From assembly GCA_050246755.1 (NCBI GenBank), contig JBFWVL010000001.1, forward strand, positions 1,600,001-1,664,000: DNA of 64,000 nt, given 5' to 3'. This document shows, piece after piece, positions 60,762-64,000 of this stretch. Numbering within the stretch: position 1 is the first letter of the stretch; every line of letters begins with the position of its first letter. The notes below the pieces were generated by a model. That model worked only from the letters and a program-made list of their open reading frames with translations. It searched no databases and was not told the DNA's origin. Both the position numbers and the translations under genes were made by a program. Source of the stretch: Bacteriovoracia bacterium. GTDB lineage: Bacteria > Bdellovibrionota > UBA1018 > CAIPTA01.

Positions 60762-62348
60762 TCAGATCTCTTTCAAAATAGCGCGGGCGGCGTTCAGTCC
60801 CGGAATGCCCATCACGCCGCCACCAGGATGCACACCGCTACCGCAGAGGTAGAGGCCCTGCACCGGCGTCTTATAGTTCGACCAGCCGGGCACCGGGCGC
60901 ATATGGAACATCTGATCTAGGTTAAGGCGGCCGTGGTGGAGGCTGCCGCCAGTAATGCTGTATTCGCGCTCCATATCCAGCGGGGAGAGCACCTGGCGGT
61001 GAAGAATAGCCTGTTTAATATTCGGGGCGTACGCGGCGAGCACGTCGAGGCAGCGGTCGGCAAAACCCTCCTTGATCTGGTCCCAATTTTTTCCATTTTT
61101 TAAATTATATGGGCCGTATTGCACGAATAGATTCATCACGTGTTTGCCCGGAGGCGCGAGGGTATCGTCGATGGAGGTGGGGATCGAGCACTCGAGGATG
61201 GGATTCTGGCTGGGGCGGCCAGCCACGGAATCGGCGTAGGCTTCCTCCACGTACTGCAGCGTGGGACCGATATGAATCGTGCCCATATGCTGAGGGCCGA
61301 GAGTTTTTCCGGGGGCCGCGAGGAAATCGGGCAGTTCGGAGAGCGCGAGATTGATCTTCACCGAAGCCGAGTCGTAATTGATGCGGCGGACGTTTTTTAG
61401 GAATTCCGTGGGCAATTCGTTCTCGGCGAGCAGGCGGTTGAACGTAATATTCGGATCCGCATTCGAGGCCACCACTTTGGCGCGAAATATTTGCCCGTCG
61501 GTTTCTATTCCCGTGGCCTGGCCGTTTTCTACGAGAATTTTGTCCACCCCGTAGCCGGTATAGATATCCACGCCAAGTTCCATCGCCGATTTCGCGATCG
61601 ACTGGGTAAGCCCGCCCATCCCTCCGCGCATATAACCCCACACGCCCTTGGCGCCATTGCATTCGCCCATCACGTGGTGGAGGAGCACGTAAGCCGTGCC
61701 GGGCGTGGAGGGGCCGGAATTGGCGCCAATCACCGCGTCGGTAGCGAGCGTCACTTTCAGTTCTTCGCTCTCGAACCAGTCGTTGAGCATATCGTTCGCC
61801 GACCCCGCCAGCATTCGCATGAGCTCGGGCCAATTTTGTTTCAGCTGCTTTCTTTTCTTAAAAAGAAGGCTGCCGTAGCGGGTGAGATCGCTTAGCGTGA
61901 TTTTTCCCGGATTCGGCGGCGCCATCAGCATCATCGGCTTTAGGATCTCGGCGGTTTCTTCGAGCATGGCTTCATAGCGCGGGTAGTTTTCCGCGTCTTT
62001 CCGGCTGAACTTGGAGATTTCCCGGCGATTCATATCTTTGTCCGGGCCAAGCAAAAGATGGCTGCCATTGGGGAAAGGGGTAAAGCTCGAAGGATTACGC
62101 GGCAGCATCTCGAAGCCGAATTCTTTTAGCTTAAGGTCTTCGATGATCTCGGGATGGAAGAGGGAGTTCACGTAGGAGAGGGTGGAGAATTTAAATCCGG
62201 GGAAGGGCTCTTCGGTAACGGCGCATCCTCCCACCACCGGCCGTTTCTCGAATACGGCCACGCTCAGGCCGGCTTTGGCGAGGTAGGCCGCGGTGACTAG
62301 CCCGTTATGGCCGCCCCCCACGATGATGGCGTCGTAGCTAGTTTTCAT
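60762..62348 (-). CDS. phytoene dehydrogenase-like FAD oxidoreductase
   Basis: GGGHNGL..A.YLA, GGMG, YLCGSG.HPGGGV.G.PG.NAA. Confidence 0.92.
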   Translation of the reverse strand: MKTSYDAIIVGGGHNGLVTAAYLAKAGLSVAVFEKRPVVGGCAVTEEPFPGFKFSTLSYVNSLFHPEIIEDLKLKEFGFEMLPRNPSSFTPFPNGSHLLLGPDKDMNRREISKFSRKDAENYPRYEAMLEETAEILKPMMLMAPPNPGKITLSDLTRYGSLLFKKRKQLKQNWPELMRMLAGSANDMLNDWFESEELKVTLATDAVIGANSGPSTPGTAYVLLHHVMGECNGAKGVWGYMRGGMGGLTQSIAKSAMELGVDIYTGYGVDKILVENGQATGIETDGQIFRAKVVASNADPNITFNRLLAENELPTEFLKNVRRINYDSASVKINLALSELPDFLAAPGKTLGPQHMGTIHIGPTLQYVEEAYADSVAGRPSQNPILECSIPTSIDDTLAPPGKHVMNLFVQYGPYNLKNGKNWDQIKEGFADRCLDVLAAYAPNIKQAILHRQVLSPLDMEREYSITGGSLHHGRLNLDQMFHMRPVPGWSNYKTPVQGLYLCGSGVHPGGGVMGIPGLNAARAILKEI

Positions 62349-62357
62349 CCCCGTTTT

Positions 62358-63047
62358 TTACCTTTTTTTCGCGATCATCACCACGCTTTTTCCCAGGCGC
62401 CGCGCGGTGATTTTATCGAGGAGGATGGATAGCGGAATTAAGATTTTGTCCCAAAACCAGATTTGGGCGGGGCGGGGATGCGCGCTACGGAGCAAAAAAG
62501 AATTGGCGGCCGAGGCGCAGAGTCCCGCGCTGTCGAGGTAGAAGCCGTTTTCCACCTCTAGGGTGGGCGGAACCAACTTCGTTAGCGCTTCGCGGTTGTA
62601 GCGGCGGTGGTGGCCGAGAGCGCGGTCAAATTCGCTGAACAGTTTTTGGTGGGCCGGTGCCAAAATAATGAGGCGTCCGCCAGGATTAAGGTGGCCGGAA
62701 GCCGCTTCTATTTCGACGCGATCGTCACGGATATGTTCCAGCACGTCGATGTAAAGGATTGAGTCGTATCGGCGGGCGGCGGGTAGGCCCCCGATATTTC
62801 CCGCGATTAAAACGGCCGGCGCGGAAATTTTTCCTAAAAGGGCGGTGTCGGGTTCGAGGCAGGTCCAGCTGCGGAACGCAGCCCCGCTCTTCTGCAGGGG
62901 TGCCGTAGTGGCGCCGGTCCCAGCCCCAACCTCCAGCACGTCTCCCCGGATATAAGGCGCGAGCGCGCGGGCGAAATATTTTTTCCAGTTCGTGGCCCCG
63001 CCGAACAGGGCGAGCTCGGTTCCCTGGTAGGAGAAATTTTCGTTCAT
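62358..63047 (-). CDS. class I SAM-dependent methyltransferase
   Basis: VLEVGAGTG, IDVLEHI, GHHRRY; start reassigned to MNENF, coupled to GT2. Confidence 0.88.
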   Translation of the reverse strand: MNENFSYQGTELALFGGATNWKKYFARALAPYIRGDVLEVGAGTGATTAPLQKSGAAFRSWTCLEPDTALLGKISAPAVLIAGNIGGLPAARRYDSILYIDVLEHIRDDRVEIEAASGHLNPGGRLIILAPAHQKLFSEFDRALGHHRRYNREALTKLVPPTLEVENGFYLDSAGLCASAANSFLLRSAHPRPAQIWFWDKILIPLSILLDKITARRLGKSVVMIAKKR

Positions 63048-64000
63048 GAAGAAATTTTCCTCACGCCTTTTACTAAGTTTTTGGCGTCGGCCAGCGGAGT
63101 GCGCGCGAAGCCCTGCTTTTGAGAGAGGTGCAGAAAGCATAGGAAGACGGCGGCGAATAGCGACTGGAAAATTATCATGAGCAGCAAGAGAGAAACGTAG
63201 GTGGCCCATCCGGGAATGGCGAGATTGGTGGATAGGCGGATCGTGACTACGGCCGCGATGCCCGCGAGGCAGGCGGCCATCAGGAATAGGCTGAATAAAA
63301 TCACTCTCGTGAGCACGATTTCGCTGAAAACTGCGATGGCATTCAAGCCGTGCAACACCAGCGAGACGAAATTCATGCGGGAGGTGCCGGCATAGCGCCG
63401 GCCACGATCTACCTTTATGGACACGCACGGCAGCCCGAGCCGGACTACGGCCGCCGCTACGTGACTGGCGGTATATTGGGAATGGCAGAGACTCTCCGCG
63501 TGGGCCAGCGGGAGAAAAATAAAATTTCCGAATGCAATCGATTTGCCCGTGAAAAGGAAAAAAATTTTTTTATAAAAAAAGTAACCAAGGCGGAAAAAAA
63601 TATTTTCAAAGCGTCTGGCTCTTTGCGCCACCACGATGGAACCGGGGTTTTGCGCCTGCGCGGCGAGCAGCGCCGGAACCGCGGAGGGTTTGTCTTCCCC
63701 GTCGCAGTCCATGAGGAGAAAGCCGTCGCAAGCGTGTCCGGAAGAAAATAGATGGGCGAGGCCGGTGGCGATGGCGCGCTGGTGACCCTGATTCCCGTAC
63801 AGCTCGATCACATTTATTTCGCGAATCCCGCTTCCGCCGTGGATTTTTTTTCCCTCAGGGAGCTTGTCCGTGGATCCGTCATCCACAAACCAAAGAGAGG
63901 CCTGGTGCCCGGCCGGTGCCAGTTCGCGCTCCAGGCGGAGGCAGAGCTGCTCGGCACTTAGCCAATCGTTCCAAACGGGGGCGATAATGACGAAATTCAT
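63044..64000 (-). CDS. GT2 glycosyltransferase (polyprenol-phosphate type)
   Basis: PVWN, VDDGS, N.GHQRAI..GL, MDCDGED, two C-terminal TMs. Confidence 0.9.
   Translation of the reverse strand: MNFVIIAPVWNDWLSAEQLCLRLERELAPAGHQASLWFVDDGSTDKLPEGKKIHGGSGIREINVIELYGNQGHQRAIATGLAHLFSSGHACDGFLLMDCDGEDKPSAVPALLAAQAQNPGSIVVAQRARRFENIFFRLGYFFYKKIFFLFTGKSIAFGNFIFLPLAHAESLCHSQYTASHVAAAVVRLGLPCVSIKVDRGRRYAGTSRMNFVSLVLHGLNAIAVFSEIVLTRVILFSLFLMAACLAGIAAVVTIRLSTNLAIPGWATYVSLLLLMIIFQSLFAAVFLCFLHLSQKQGFARTPLADAKNLVKGVRKISS

Noticed and set aside
1-64000. CRISPR array, rRNA, transposase, integrase
   Set aside because: No regularly spaced repeat-spacer run or recognisable genes of these kinds were seen by eye.

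Overview
Gene-dense bacterial chromosome segment. Gene content suggests Bdellovibrionota or a related former delta-proteobacterial lineage; this is an inference, not a database result. In order: TonB C-terminus, gcvH-gcvT-folD, a free-standing HNH gene, a flagellar cluster (flgF-G-A-H-I-J-M-N-K-L-csrA-fliW), TPR/bamD, a vWA-FN3 lipoprotein, a degenerate M20 hydrolase, an IolM-like dehydrogenase between two VOC genes, the sphingolipid genes spt and cerS, ruvCAB, tRNA-Lys and tRNA-Glu, an AT-richer accessory islet, many small accessory genes, lnt, three secreted atypical kinases opposite a secreted phosphatase-like gene, an ECF sigma module, BlaI with a BlaR1-transglycosylase fusion, and glycosyl/methyltransferases. 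Three signals stand out. (1) A ~175-nt GGA-hairpin RNA between flgI and flgJ, with a sigma54-type promoter and a terminator, resembles a CsrA-sequestering sRNA or attenuator in a csrA-fliW flagellar locus; matching GGA hairpins lie on the flgG, flgN and csrA leaders. (2) The secreted kinase/phosphatase cluster. (3) Repeats of the tRNA-Glu 3' end that divide the islet into cassettes. No CRISPR array, rRNA, integrase or transposase was seen. All family calls come from motif recognition by eye.
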